Assembly (NCBI GenBank): GCA_030704615.1
Contig: CM060731.1
Location: 31,372,001 to 31,436,000 of the forward strand
Direction: 5' to 3'
Source of the DNA: Takakia lepidozioides
Taxonomy: Eukaryota; Plantae; Bryophyta
Length of the DNA stretch: 64,000 nucleotides
The notes beneath the pieces were generated by a model. It saw nothing but the letters and a program-made list of their open reading frames with translations, made no database searches and was not told where the DNA came from. Position 1 is the stretch's first letter. Each line of letters opens with the position of its first letter. Below are positions 1-12,269 of this stretch, in pieces. The translations under genes were made by a program, and so were the position numbers.

Positions 1-2773
1 TTTTGCGGGCGATGGTAGTCAAAATTGACTACATACTAACACAATAGTGGCAATGAAAATGGATCTGCAGATGAAATTTTTCCCGGTTCACATACCCTCC
101 ATGAAAAAATGTCTTGCCTTGTTGGGCTCGCCATTTTTATCGGCAAACAGCTGACCGGACAAAATTACGTCATCTTTCAACCCATTCCATAATACATGAT
201 GATTATCTTGTGTAAAAAATGAAATGCACATACACATGTCAGTAATTTCAAAAAGGAATACTCTCTCCACTGATCTCAGCAAATCCTAGGCAAAGAAAAT
301 TTCCAATTCCTCTGGGGATATGAAGACGAGCAAAGGTAACCGTACGGTGTGAGTTCACCCCGAAGGGCTACCTTTCGTTTGGAAGGTGTACACTTTCTAA
401 CAATCCTAATTTGGGCAACGCGGTTGCCCAACCCACCCCCAATGATACTCGACGAAAGTCCCCAGGTATCCACACATTAAATAATTGGTTGCCCTCCAGA
501 GTACCCTATTTTTATGGTTGGGTTGGCCTTAATGGATGACATCCAACATACACCTATGTGGCTTTGAATCCATGACCACTAGTTGTAGGACGACCTTATG
601 CCCCAATCACTGGGCCATCTATTGGACGCTAAATAATTGCAATATTGAACACGTTGCGAGCTTCAGTGGCATATTATGTCAGTATTGAGGAGATCCATCT
701 TGAAAATTTTGAGGTACCAATGGGTTCGTCCTGCCACTGTCAATGCGCAGAATCGACAAAGGCTTTCAATTCTCCACGCGAGGGAATGTATAGTAATTCC
801 GTGGGGCTTAACTCTTCACATAAGCTAGAAACGGCGGTGCCATGTCTTTTCTAAGGAGTGCGAGAGTGACATCGCAGTTTTGACTCGCACTATGGGGCTT
901 ATATAAAATGTTTTTTCAGCACATCATCTGACACAAAGAAGAGGATGTTGTTGTAATTCTCTAGTACAGAAAAAGTGGGTAGGTATCATGATTAACTAAA
1001 ACTGGTCTATTTCTAGTTAATTATAACACTATACATATATTTGTATCTTTTTGGTATTGGGATTTCATTTGGTTTCATGTGCCAAATGAAGTGGCAAGTC
1101 TTGCTTGGGATATGTGATGGGATTTTCCTACGCTAGGGTTACGAAGAGTCATCTAAGTTTCCTAGTTGACCCTCTCTTGAGCACCTCCATAGCTCTAGTT
1201 CTTGGGAGGAAATATTACATTTTAGGGTTATACGGTAGATTCTTTTAGCAAATGTGTCATTGGCTCGACTAATATTGAGTGGTAGAATGTGTTTAAGGAT
1301 TGAGGTTTGATCCTAATTAGCATGTTGTGTGTTCCATTGCATTTTGCTTCTATCATTTTTCTTTCCTTATCATTGTGGCATAACTTTCTAGGATGGGCAA
1401 GAGGGTTAGAGTGATATAAGGGGTCACCCCACACATACTAAGTTAATGCACCCATCTCATGCTCTAAGCATAACTAGATACAACCTAGCGGTCTGGCACA
1501 TCCATAAACTTCTACTTCAACATCAGGAAACAAGATGGATGTACCCTTATCAATGTCCGCACATACCAAGGCTAATCTGTTGACCACAATATTGTCCCCC
1601 TGCACTGACTTCTCTCGTACTCTTGTCCCACGACGACCCCCGCCCCCCCCCCCCCGTTTTGGTACATGCTCAACACATACGACTCTGCCTTGACATTTTA
1701 CTAGTGGTAGGCCTAACCATTATAGTTCCCCCCACGCACGGCCCCCTCTCAAGAAATCACAATCAACCTAATTGGATCACTTTTTACCACAATCGCTACT
1801 CTGCACAAGCTATATTAATTAAGCATGAAAAATACTCTTTGGACTCCACTCATACTCTCCCTCCGGCACAAGGGCTGACGGGTAGGCTCACTCACACTCC
1901 TCAAATGCACTGATGTACACAAATGCATCCACACACAAAGCCTCGATGCACTGAACTCGGATCTTTGGAATTACAATCACAAACATAATCATCATTAAGT
2001 GCTTCAAAGCCATCCATCTCACTATAATCGGCTTCCTGACGGCCACCATCGCTACCAATAAAAGCAAACTTGATTAAAATCAGCCAATCTAGAAGACCAA
2101 TTTTACTTTTGCTATATAGAGCCCATCCCCGACAAGGGGCGAGAGCCGAAAGTTGAAGTGGCTCTGAGGGCGTTACCACACGAGTGGTAGAGGCACTGGA
2201 AGCAAACGCGAGAATATGATTGGTCACTTCATCGCAGAGCGGCACCTTCACCTACCACACGAGAGGAACGACATAGAAAAGTATGGCTGACGTGGTGCGT
2301 ACGTGGAGCCTCTCCGCGGAAGTCGGATTTCCAGGGACTACCGCTTGGAAATCCAAAATGTTAGGGAATGTCTTTGTCTTGTTTTGCTCCTTCCCGCCAC
2401 GGAGCTCGTCTCTCTCGTTTACCCTTTAACAGACCGTCGTTTCTTCTCTCCCTTCTTGTCTCCTTATGCACACTCGATTGTCAGTCGTGTGGTAGCCGTA
2501 AAACGGTTCTTGCTAACACGTACCTACGTTCTATTACCATTGCCCGTTATATCCCTAGCCAAGGGCTTCCACGTCATTGCCTCTCGATGCCGCTCGTGTG
2601 GTAAGGGCCTGAATTGCACCGACTTCAGCGCGTGAGAGTCTTCTCTCTATTTATAGCTGAGTTCAGGCAGCGAGGACAACGATTGGGATGCTTGCTTAAA
2701 AGTACCTATTAGCAAATGATTGGTCATATTGTTAATGACCACGAGGGCCACTTTACCATAAAGTTTTGTAGTG
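1..2773. mobile_element. Right part of a CACTA-type element (terminus at 2773) with nested LINE debris
   Basis: TTTTGTAGTG at 2764-2773 is the reverse complement of CACTACAAAA. GTAGTC/GACTAC and GGTCAT/ATGACC subterminal-type motifs occur at 15-32 and 2720-2745. The left end is not visible in the window. Confidence 0.45.
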
Positions 2774-5290
2774 ACTAATCCGTAGTACTGCCCTATGTAG
2801 ATCATTTTGTCAAAAATCTATAAGTTCATCACCCAAGGTCACCTTTTTTGCTATGGTATCTTTGCATATTCTTTGATCTCTCTGAATAAACGATTGAAGT
2901 ATGCTGCTAACTACATATATATACTATATGCACATACAATTTCATCAAATTTCTTCAATGGAAAATCCAAATCACATGAATTTACATGGAACCTACCTGA
3001 TCGTCATGTTTGTCACATACCCTTACAATTTCAACAGTTGTGGGTAAGCTCTCGAGTACCTCTTTTATAGTACAAAGAGGCATCTCAAGAGATTTTGGGC
3101 ATATAGGTGATCCCATTTTTCACTTGAGATATCCTCATGTGAAAGAGGATGTGAATTTTAGAGCTTTAGGCAGCAGGCATATAATCTTTTCCTATATTCT
3201 GATGTTGGGCATGGATTGTGGACTTTGAACAACCATAACTTTGTGTGGCACTTTTGGCCAATGAAACTCGGGTAGGTGGCATTGAAGAACTCTTAATCTG
3301 GACTGCAATCTTCATGTTGGTAGTTCTTCAATTGGACCTGGACTTCACTTGGTCCCATGTCCCAAATGAGATGCCAAACCTCACTTGGACATGGGATGGG
3401 TTGTCCCCGCGCAAGGGGTGAGAGGGCTCGCCTTCTTCTAGTTCAGCCTTTGGTGGCCTCTCTCACCTCCACATCTAGACTAATTCCAGGATAGACTGTA
3501 TTTTAGGGTTGTATCGCAACATTTCCTTAGCAAACTTTATCAGTGGCTTGATGAATATTGAGTGATAGAGTGGGTTTATACTTGGAAGGATGAAAGTTTT
3601 CTCCTTAAGTAACATGTTGTGTTTTCCGCTTAAAGGTGCATTCCGCTTTTGTCATTCCACTTCTTTTATCGTTGTGACATAAATTTCTAAAATTGTGTAC
3701 TGTGAGGTGTGGTTAATGGATAGTGAATCGTGATGTATGTTGGAGCACGATGCTTAGGTTCATGACATAAAAATTAAGATATTTAATTCATATCAATGTA
3801 TAATTTTTGATGGCAGTTGTGCTGTGATAGATAGTCGACTAATACATTCTTTCAATTATGTGTTATAGGGGATAAATCAACATACAACTATAAAAGAGGG
3901 GTGATCCCAAGTTAATCGATCACTTAATATGTGGGACGTACCTAAGGACTAAGTCTTTATGGGAGGTTCGGGCAACCGTGTTACCCTGATTATGGCCATT
4001 ATAATGTATCTACTTTCCAAAATGAAGGCAGTAGCCCTTTGAGATGAAGTGACACAATAATTTACGTTTGGCACTTCAACTTCGCTGGAGGCCGGGGGAG
4101 GCCTCAATATATGATGCCCATGTGATATAGCCTATAGGGACTGAGGAGGGGAGAGAGAATTGGGGGCAGGTGCACTGCAAAATAGTCTGCAATCTTTCCC
4201 CATAATGTTGGCACTAGGCTGTCATCCGTAGGGGTCTTGTTTACAAATTGTTTGACATCGTAATTGTCCACAGTGATTCCATCCCTTCTCTGTCTGGGGA
4301 TGTGATCATGAGTACCTAAGCATGGCTCATCTAAGTTGTTGCAGTATATTAGTGGAGTAACACATGTTGCTTATGGTCGGCTTCCACAAGACAGCTAAGA
4401 ACAGCCGAGCTGAGTGCCAACGTTGAGAAAGACTTCAGGCAGTCGCAAATGCTTCAAATTATGGGGTTGAGTGCAATCCGGATGTTGGCCTCTGGATCCT
4501 TGAAGTCAATGGGAATCTTGCTATGGCTTGGTCTGTGGCAGCTTCCATTTGGCTAGGGACAACATTCGATTGGAATCGTCATAGATGAGATAATTGGGGC
4601 TGCCTGGACTGATACTTTTCTTGATGTGCTTAGTGCAGCTTATGGATTAATTTGGTGCGTTTCTTGCAACTTCAAGGAAATGAAAGACCATAGTGCAGTT
4701 TGACATCTTGTGACTTATATTGAGTTGCATGTCAACTGCTTGGGGGCAGGAGCAGCCATCGAGCTGTGGACTGGCCATCTGTTGGCGATGTCTTCCACAA
4801 GCATATGATCCATAGGCAGGTGGTCATTCTTTGCTGCAAGAACCGTATGAGGGTGGAAAAGGCAGTTCAATGCCCATCTGGAATCTACATGATTGGATAG
4901 CCTTAGGATGCATTAGATAACTAGTAGGGAAAATTCTATTATGCAGCATATTCGGCACTATATTGGTGATAAGCGATGAGATATCAATTAGGAGCGGTAC
5001 GGCTTGTTTTAGAGGGGATAGCCTCTTTCTCTTATCTTCCGGACATAAAACTTTCAAGTGACATTGTTTCCTTCAATTAAAATAAGCAGTCCCCAAAGAG
5101 TCCTCCATAAGCCTAACTTTGAAATACTTACCTTTGTCCTCAATGAGAAGCCTGATGTGGTTGGGGATCTAGTCCTCATTTCGCATCATAATAACAATTT
5201 TGGGCATGTCATTTTCCTTCGACTTGGATTCAATTGTGACCCCTCTCCAGGTTGGTCCTTATCTCACTATATACATTTCTAGATCAAATG
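270..5290. mobile_element. Fragments of a decayed Dualen/RandI-like non-LTR retrotransposon family in mixed orientations
   Basis: Post-RT GGGLG motif (276-473, -), with an inverted homologous copy at ~3965-4070. Homologous blocks at 1235-1400 and 3520-3690. Restriction-like endonuclease-type motif RLCLDILLVVG...KHEKY (1623-1913, +). APE-like N-terminus NFEILTFVLNEKPDVV (5058-5282, +). Confidence 0.55.
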
Positions 5291-5327
5291 ACAAATACTG
5301 CCAAACATCCTAAGCAATATTCAGATG

Positions 5328-5790
5328 CACTACTACCAAAAAAACGGGTAGCGACGTCCATCCGCCATGCCCCCGAAATGCCCGCGACGGAGGTATCACA
5401 TGCTAAGTTGCAACACTCGGTCATTACAATCTAGTGGCATTGTCGCTTTGCAATGGCACAACGTCGCACGGTTGAAGGGTCCAGTGCTGAAATCCTGCTG
5501 CGACGCCCGGACGTCACAAGCCAAAGGGTTTAAAAAAAAAGAAAAATGAGACTATGATGGAAAGTCATTGCTAATTGATGCCCGGGGGTTGCAATGCGGA
5601 ATAAAATTGTTTTTCTTAAAAAAAAATGTGACGGAAACGCGTCACAATTATGAGATGTTGCGACGCTGCCGCGCCAACCGCCGCAACAGCGTTGCGACGC
5701 CTAAGGGTCGCAATGTGGATGTGTGAGAGAGATGTAGAGACAAGATCAAAAAAAGATGGATGGTAGAGGATGAAACGCTTTTGCTATGCC
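5328..5790 (+). mobile_element. CACTA-type left terminus and subterminal region (non-autonomous)
   Basis: Starts CACTACTACCAAAAAAACGGGTAGCGACG and is rich in GCGAC/GTCGC motifs. 5500-5780 is an inverted homologue of 23500-23800. Confidence 0.6.
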
Positions 5791-5819
5791 CAATATATGG
5801 GTAATTACCAGCACAAACA

Positions 5820-6135
5820 CATATTTTGGCCCACCCTCTATCCTTTACCAATTGTCTCCTGCCCTACATCACTCGACATAACCAAACAGTCCGGCACCTC
5901 CATAAACTACTCCTCCACCAGTACGAAACATGGTGGTTCACCCTTTTAAATGCTGGCACATACCAGGGTAGACCCCCGGACCATACCATCCTACATTGGC
6001 TTCTCCCATATTGTTCTTGTCCAACACACCCCCTTGTTCTTGCCCATCGCGCCTCTGCCTAGACCTTTTTCTAGCACAAGGCTTGCTTTTCTCCGCACTG
6101 CCACCAACCGCCCTCACCCAGGATCATCAAAGCAT
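5820..6135 (+). pseudogene. C-terminal fragment of an RLE-type LINE ORF (RHN motif region)
   Basis: YITRHNQTVRHLHKLL...FTLLNAG...WLLPYCSC resembles the RHN/RHD motif that precedes the restriction-like endonuclease in R2/Dualen-type elements. Confidence 0.5.
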
Positions 6136-6339
6136 CATTAAGTCATTCGGCCACAATATTCAACACTCCCATTAGAAACTTGCATGCAATATTCTGTGTT
6201 TAGTAGTATATATATGAATCTTTGAGTTTTGATTTTTTAAATTTGCAATGCCATAGAGATCACATATTTGGAAGTATATTTCTGTCATTTGCCCTCCTGC
6301 TCTCCCTCCCTTGCCCTCTATCTTATACCATCCCGGAGC

Positions 6340-8900
6340 TCCAATAATAAGTGGTAAAGAAATAAGGGGAAGAGAAATAACTCACACATGATAGGTTTGT
6401 CGGATTTGGGCGTCTGTAGTTGTATTAGTGATCCAGAAAGAGTTGGAGAGCTTGTGGTCTAGGACCTTGGAAAACATCTATTTTCTAATGTGGGTTTTGG
6501 TGTGTGCCAGGTGGCTTGTAGTTTTCTTCTTTGGTAAGGAATTTGTCAAGATTCCGGATTGGGGGGGCTTCATGTGTTGGTGTACCATTGGTAGAGAGCC
6601 AAAAAATATGGATGTAGGCGATGTGGATAGGGTCATTTTAGGGTCACTAGGTGGAGGGCAGCTCCGGCTTGGGCCATGAGGTCTGCCTCCTCGTTGCCAA
6701 TAATGCCCATGTGGAATTTAACTTTGAGGAAATGCACATGTTGTTTTAAGGCTGCAACACTATGGATGATAGCTGAGATTGGTAATTTATCAGGATGATT
6801 GTCTTGTGAAGATGGGCTAACAATGTGGTTCTGGAGGAGGAATAATGAGGTTAAGCTATTTGTAAGGATATAGTATGAAGGTTGGTAGTCAGGAAGGGTT
6901 TGAACCATTTCATAGATGGCCATGCATTCTGCTCTTAGTGTGGTAGGGAGGCAGGTAGACAGTGTGCTGAGCCATGTTTGGCATGTTCATGATAAAGCCC
7001 ATATCGAACGTGAGCACCTGAGTGGGAGCCATCAGTGTAGTGGGAGTTAATGGCTGGATACTTCAAGGGTCTCGAGCTCAGGTAGGAGGGAATGAGGGGG
7101 AGGGACGAGGGGAGGGGCATAGTGGGGGGGGGGATGAGATGAGAGCAGGGGATAGGGGTTGTGGTGTGTTGTCTAGGCCGTGCACGGAGGAATGTAAATC
7201 CAAGGGCTACAAAGACTTCGGAGGAGTTTGTGCAGTTGGAATGTATGTAGGTGGTATCATTAGGTTTGGGGCTTGATGAACGCCGAGGAGGTGTGTGAGT
7301 ATAGGCTCCGGTCTACTCAGATATAATGGGGAAGGTGGGCTAGTGTCGTATTGCAGTTGGCTAGGGTCAAAGGTTGCTATGAGGTGGATGTCATGTGGGA
7401 GGCGGAGTAGCTGATGAGAGCTGCACAATGTGTTTTGTTGTGTGACGAGGAGTATGGCCAGGTAGGTTGGGGAGTTTTGGGCTGCACAACGAGCCCATTT
7501 TAATGCCTCATATGTGGATTTTCCATTAGGGGGGTGTGCAAATCCACGGTCTTACCATTTGTGTGCGTTTGCAAGTCCGAGTGAGCCAAAAATCTTATCT
7601 CGCATATGGGGACTGGAGTAGGTGTGCATCTCAAGTGGACAAGAGATGGGACTTGAGTAGTAGGAATTCATAAGAGGTATTGTGGAGGTGATGTAAGTTA
7701 AAAGTTAATGCGAGGGGAGAGTACTATGTGTGAAAGTCAATGCATATTCTTCAAGGTAGTGCAAATCATTTTAGGAAGGATATGGGTGAGGTATCGTATT
7801 AAAAACCAGGATACCTCGGTTTCGGTTGTAAATCCATGCATTGGGGGCTATATAAGGTACAAAAGTTAAACCATAACCGGAAGAGCCAGGATTGAGGGAT
7901 GTGGCCTAGGTGTTTGCCTAGTGTAGCGTATATTGCCGACGAGTCCCTTTGTGAGATAATTGTGGGTTGTAGGTATATGATGTCTGTGTCGGGGCCGTTC
8001 CATTCAATGAGTTGTCTGTGTATGCGAGGGAGTGCTAGGGGCAGTAGATTGTGGCGGTTGTCATGTAACTGTGGAAGGAGTGTGTGTTGCATATTTGTGT
8101 GGGCTAGGTAGTTCGTATTAGTTTGCTTGTGGAAGTTTCTTATTAGGGTGAGATTATGCTAGGGTCACAGTCATCACGGGAACTAAAGAGATTATCCAAG
8201 TTTTCCGAAGAGTTGTTTTCAGTGGGAAAGCCTTTCCATTTGCAGGAAGGCTTGTGCTTTGGTGGATGAGGTGGATGAAGAGTGCTTGGGGGGGGGGTAT
8301 ATGCAAACTGTGTGGACGCCAGAACTGGTGGTGTGGAGAGGCGTGTTGTGTGGATCTATCTGTCTAGGGTTGGAGGAGGACGCGACCTATCTTAAGAGTG
8401 ACATTGGTAGGGGACATAAGGCGCCCATGTGTGCAAGTGGGTGCAACATAAAGACAATCTAGCGTGCAGATGGAGGGGGTGCACTTGAACATGATAAGAA
8501 CATTGGTATAATTTGTGTGGGTATTTGCGACATGCTGTTTGGTAGTCCGGGTCGCATGCGGAGTTGGAGTGGAAAAAGAGAGTTCGAAGGAACCCGAGAT
8601 ATAGCTTAGTGCGATGGGTGGGTTTAGTATACCTGAGGTTGAAGTGAGTAGGAGTGAGGAGTTGTGTATCATGCACAAATTGACTTATAGCTTCTCAAGT
8701 GTTGTAACTATGTTGAATTGCCGAAAGTAGTCTAGGATTATTTTGTGGGTGGGGGGTTTTGGGTGTGGAAGGGAGAGAGCTGGGGGCTATCCTAGGGCTA
8801 TCCAACCAGACTAATTCGAGTTGGGTTGGAGCTCTAGCAAAATCCAGCAGTGAGGTCTCTAAGTGGATGTAAAATGCTTGTACACACATAAACTAGGTTT
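6340..8900 (-). mobile_element. Decayed LINE segment: RT C-terminus, chromodomain-like motif, PCIF1-like methyltransferase-like motif, RNase H
   Basis: RNase H motifs YTDGS, RAECMAI, ILTNSL and KVKFHMGIIGNEEADLMA (6633-7045), followed by SNSFW. KWKGFPTENNSSENLDNL at 8188-8241. YSSPISC...YSS...DKIFGSLG...GFAHPP...ALKWAR at 7444-7665. Confidence 0.7.
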
Positions 8901-9018
8901 GATTGGTTTCATTAACATATAGTGGAGACAAATTACTTAAAGAAGAAGAAGATTTCCATAACAAATAACAAGTGAATATTTACACTCAATTTTTTTTGTA
9001 TTATGAAAGAAAAACAAT

Positions 9019-9670
9019 CACTACAATAGATCGCGGTAGTTATGACTGCCAACCTGCGGTAGTAATGGTTTTCCTAACTTTGACCATGACTGCACCATGT
9101 TGTTATATGAAATTAATCTCGTAGTTGTTCAACAGTCATTCATACGACTGTAGTCATATGAACGACTGTCAAACTAATCGTCTGTATGACTACATGGCTC
9201 CGGAATGGACGGAAGGCTGGTCAACGACAATTGAACAGATTTAGCTCACCACTCATAGTCATTTTCATGACTACAGTGTACATGGATGAGGTTACATAGT
9301 CATGAGGACTACTGGGAATTTATATGGTCATATGAATGAGTAATGGATGTATTGGTTAGCAAGTAGTGAACTATAAGTCTTATAGCAAAAAAGTTGCAGA
9401 TTCAAACTCCTCCAAGTACAATAAAATGGATAGGATGGCCCTAGGGTTAGTAGACGAGCTAGGGATAGCACGTGGCACCCTAGATGGCCTAGTTGCAAAT
9501 TTGGACGTGACGTGGCGTTGACGCGTCAGCGTCACGTCCGACGTCAGCGACGGACGTGCGTCACATCATGTCCTAAACCGGCGTTACTGTACATAAATAT
9601 GTTTATTTTTTTACTTTACTATTGACTATTTACTATGAGAACCGACGTGGCAACCGACGGACTTCATTAA
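9019..9670 (+). mobile_element. CACTA-type left terminus with ATGACTAC/GTAGTCAT subterminal repeats
   Basis: CACTACAATAG at 9019; repeated ATGACT/AGTCAT motifs at 9040-9330; ACGTGGC/GACGTCAG-rich block at 9470-9660. No partner terminus found. Confidence 0.5.
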
Positions 9671-9710
9671 TTATTTGTAAAATTCATATATTATGATTTA
9701 TATTGTCAAT

Positions 9711-10236
9711 CATGCGACCGTCAACAAAGGTTGGTCGGACAAATTTTTATTTTTTAAAAATAGGTGCGACCACTAGAAGGGGGTGGTCACACATTTTTTC
9801 TTATTTTTAAAATGGGTACGACCACCAGCAGGTGGTGGTCGCAGCATTTTCATTTTTTTTAATAGGTGCGACCACAAGCAGAGGGTGGTCGCACATTTTT
9901 TTTTAAAAAAAAATTGGGTGCGACCACCAGTCGGTGTTGGTCGCAATTTTTTCTTTTTTTTTAAATATGTACGACCACCAGCACGTGGTGGTCGCAACTT
10001 TTTTATTTTTTTAAAATAGGTGCGACCACTAGCAGAGGATGGTCGCACATTTTTAATTATTTTTTAAATGGGTGCGACCACCAGCAGGGGATGGTCGTAC
10101 ATTTTTAATTATTTTTTAAATGGGTACGACCACCAGCAGGGGATGGCCGCACATTTTTAATTATTTTTTAAATGGGTGCGACCACTAGCCGGTGGTGGTT
10201 GCAGACTTTTTCTTTTTTGTTATTAGGTGCGACCGC
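9711..10236 (+). repeat. Palindrome array A: ~10 units of ~52 bp, core TGCGACCACC-AGCAG(G)-GGTGGTCGCA with A/T-rich linkers
   Basis: Directly visible; cores at ~9767, 9819, 9869, 9921, 9972, 10023, 10075, 10127, 10179 and 10230. Confidence 0.95.
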
Positions 10237-10303
10237 TCCCTGGACACATGGCGAGGCGTGAATGGGCAGCAGATGCAGTCGCACGTCAGGCCTCTCTAGG
10301 CAG

Positions 10304-10352
10304 TATATAAGGGCCTACCCCTCCATTCCCAACCCACTTTTTTCCCTCTCTG
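10304..10352 (+). promoter_or_regulatory. TATA box and pyrimidine-rich initiator region of the kinase gene
   Basis: TATATAAGGGCC followed by CCATTCCCAACCCACTTTTTTCCCTCTC, ~70 bp after array A and ~300 bp before the ATG at 10601. Confidence 0.55.
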
Positions 10353-10600
10353 TGAGTGCGGTTCTGGGGCTACTTGAAGTTTGAACTTCGGTGGCCAGGA
10401 CTAAGCGTGGGGGGGGGGAGAAAGTGGATTTGTGTGGGGGAGGAGTTTTTGTTTTTTTTCCTGGGACTGCGGGAGAGTTTGCTTTGGGTACTATACCAAT
10501 AGAGGGTGAGGAAATTGGTCTGCTAGTATATAAGGTTATCAATAGTTTGGGTTTACTTTTCCGTTACGAAGCCGCGTCTATTCCGCAGAGTACTTTCATC

Positions 10601-12107
10601 ATGTCCGGAAACGTTGCTTCGAACGCAGTGTCAGGGGGTTCCTCGAGAAGTGGGCGTAAAAGTAGGAAGCGTAAACATGCACATGAACGAGATAGTCAGG
10701 TCAACAAAAAAGACTATCCAAGCGCAGAGGCCGCGAAGGTGGTGAAGTAAGTAGTGCTGGATTATTTGAAGAACAATGACATAATGCGTTTGAATCTTTT
10801 GTATGTCCGACATGGGAATGAGGGGTTCCTTAGATTCCAGCACAATATGGAGATGAGAATGAGGGAGGCTTTGGCCGGGGATGAATGGGAGGAGGACAGG
10901 GCGAAGTTCCAGTTCACGAAATGGATGGAGGACCGGGCCCATGATGCCACATGGAATCTGAGGCAAACCATGGACAAGTTTGTTACGAGAACACCTGTAG
11001 CTGAAGGTCGCATGCCAACTTCGGAGGAGGAGTTGTTTGTGCTTGTGGATTGGTGGTCTGACATAGCAAAGGCTCACGCCAAACGACGTACAAAACCACT
11101 CCCATGGAAGGCAGGGTCCTCGTCCGCGGATGCGGCATTGAACGTGAGATACATATCCACAAACACACATGTACAACAACTCGACGCGCCCAAACAGGGA
11201 GGGTATGGTACAATTCGGAGGGTTAGAATTGTTGGGGATCAATTCATTCCTCCATCTTGGGAGCTAGCAGGGAAAACACCCAGGGAAACAAATGTTGAGC
11301 TTGCCAAAGTCCAACATAACAATGGGGCGTTGGCTGTAAAGTTCCATCATTTCGGCATCATAAAGTATTTTGCATTGCATCCACGTCGAAATGAAGGTTA
11401 CACACATTGGTGGAATGGGGGGACCATACGATCATGGTTGAGTATTGACAGGAAATGGGGGAATGATCGGGATAACAGGGAGTTAATGGAACGACGGGGG
11501 ACGGAGCAGGAAATGCAGGAGGTCAACTGACTGGTTCAATTCCGACAGAATCGCACCCAATTGGCATGGGCGCTTTTGAACATTATGCTCAACGTCCATA
11601 ATCACCACCTCTTGCACAACGACATGTCCCCCGACAACATATTGTTGCATTTTCCACAAGGGTTTGAAGATGTGTACATCGGGGTATGCGATTGGGGGAT
11701 GGTCTCCACGACGGATGACCCAAAAACCACGTTGTACATTTTCGAGAACAGAGACAAGATGATAAAGACTATCGCACATAGATGGTGGAATGCACCTGAA
11801 ATTGCAATTATTCATAATGTAGCCAACAACCAGTCAGATAGCACACCTCGTAGGCCCCCTCTAACCGCGATCAGATACCTTTGCAATTGGAATGATAGCC
11901 CAGGTAATAAATGGGGGTAACACGTTCGATGCAAGTCTGTTCAACGATATGTCTACTGGAACCTGTTTTGCTTCCGCTCTGAAAAACTTGTGTGTAGACA
12001 CAGTAGAGTTGCGGTACAAACTAGAAAATGTTGTGAAGCGTTTCATGACAGGGCTATTCAATTGGCCTGAGCCCAAAAATTGCTGGAGGATGGATAGAAA
12101 CTTGTAG
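10601..12107 (+). pseudogene. Intronless divergent Ser/Thr-type protein kinase (2 premature stops, 1 frameshift)
   Basis: Kinase motifs in order: QGGYGTIRRV, LAGK, HFGIIKY, WWNGGTI, HNDMSPDNILL, CDWG, WWNAPE, SDTFAIG. In-frame stops at 10748 (TAA) and 11528 (TGA); frameshift near 11870; basic NLS-like RKSRKRK near the N-terminus. Confidence 0.9.
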
Positions 12108-12269
12108 ACCTCTGATTGTACATCATGTTTGAGTAAATGTTGTTTTCAATTGTGTTTGTCTCGTACCATAATGTTTTAATGGTTTGTTACTTGGCCATGG
12201 CACCTGGGTCCATCATATGGGATAATCAAGCACCACACCCACGAATCTTGAAGAGTGACAGTGTACACC

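Noticed and set aside
1901-2640. Gene-like GC-richer segment inside the left CACTA
   Set aside because: No recognisable domain or consistent exon structure.
9761-10236. CRISPR-like appearance of the palindrome arrays (also 18222-18970)
   Set aside because: The spacers are low-complexity A/T tracts similar to each other, the repeats are degenerate, there are no cas genes, and the context is a eukaryotic TE.
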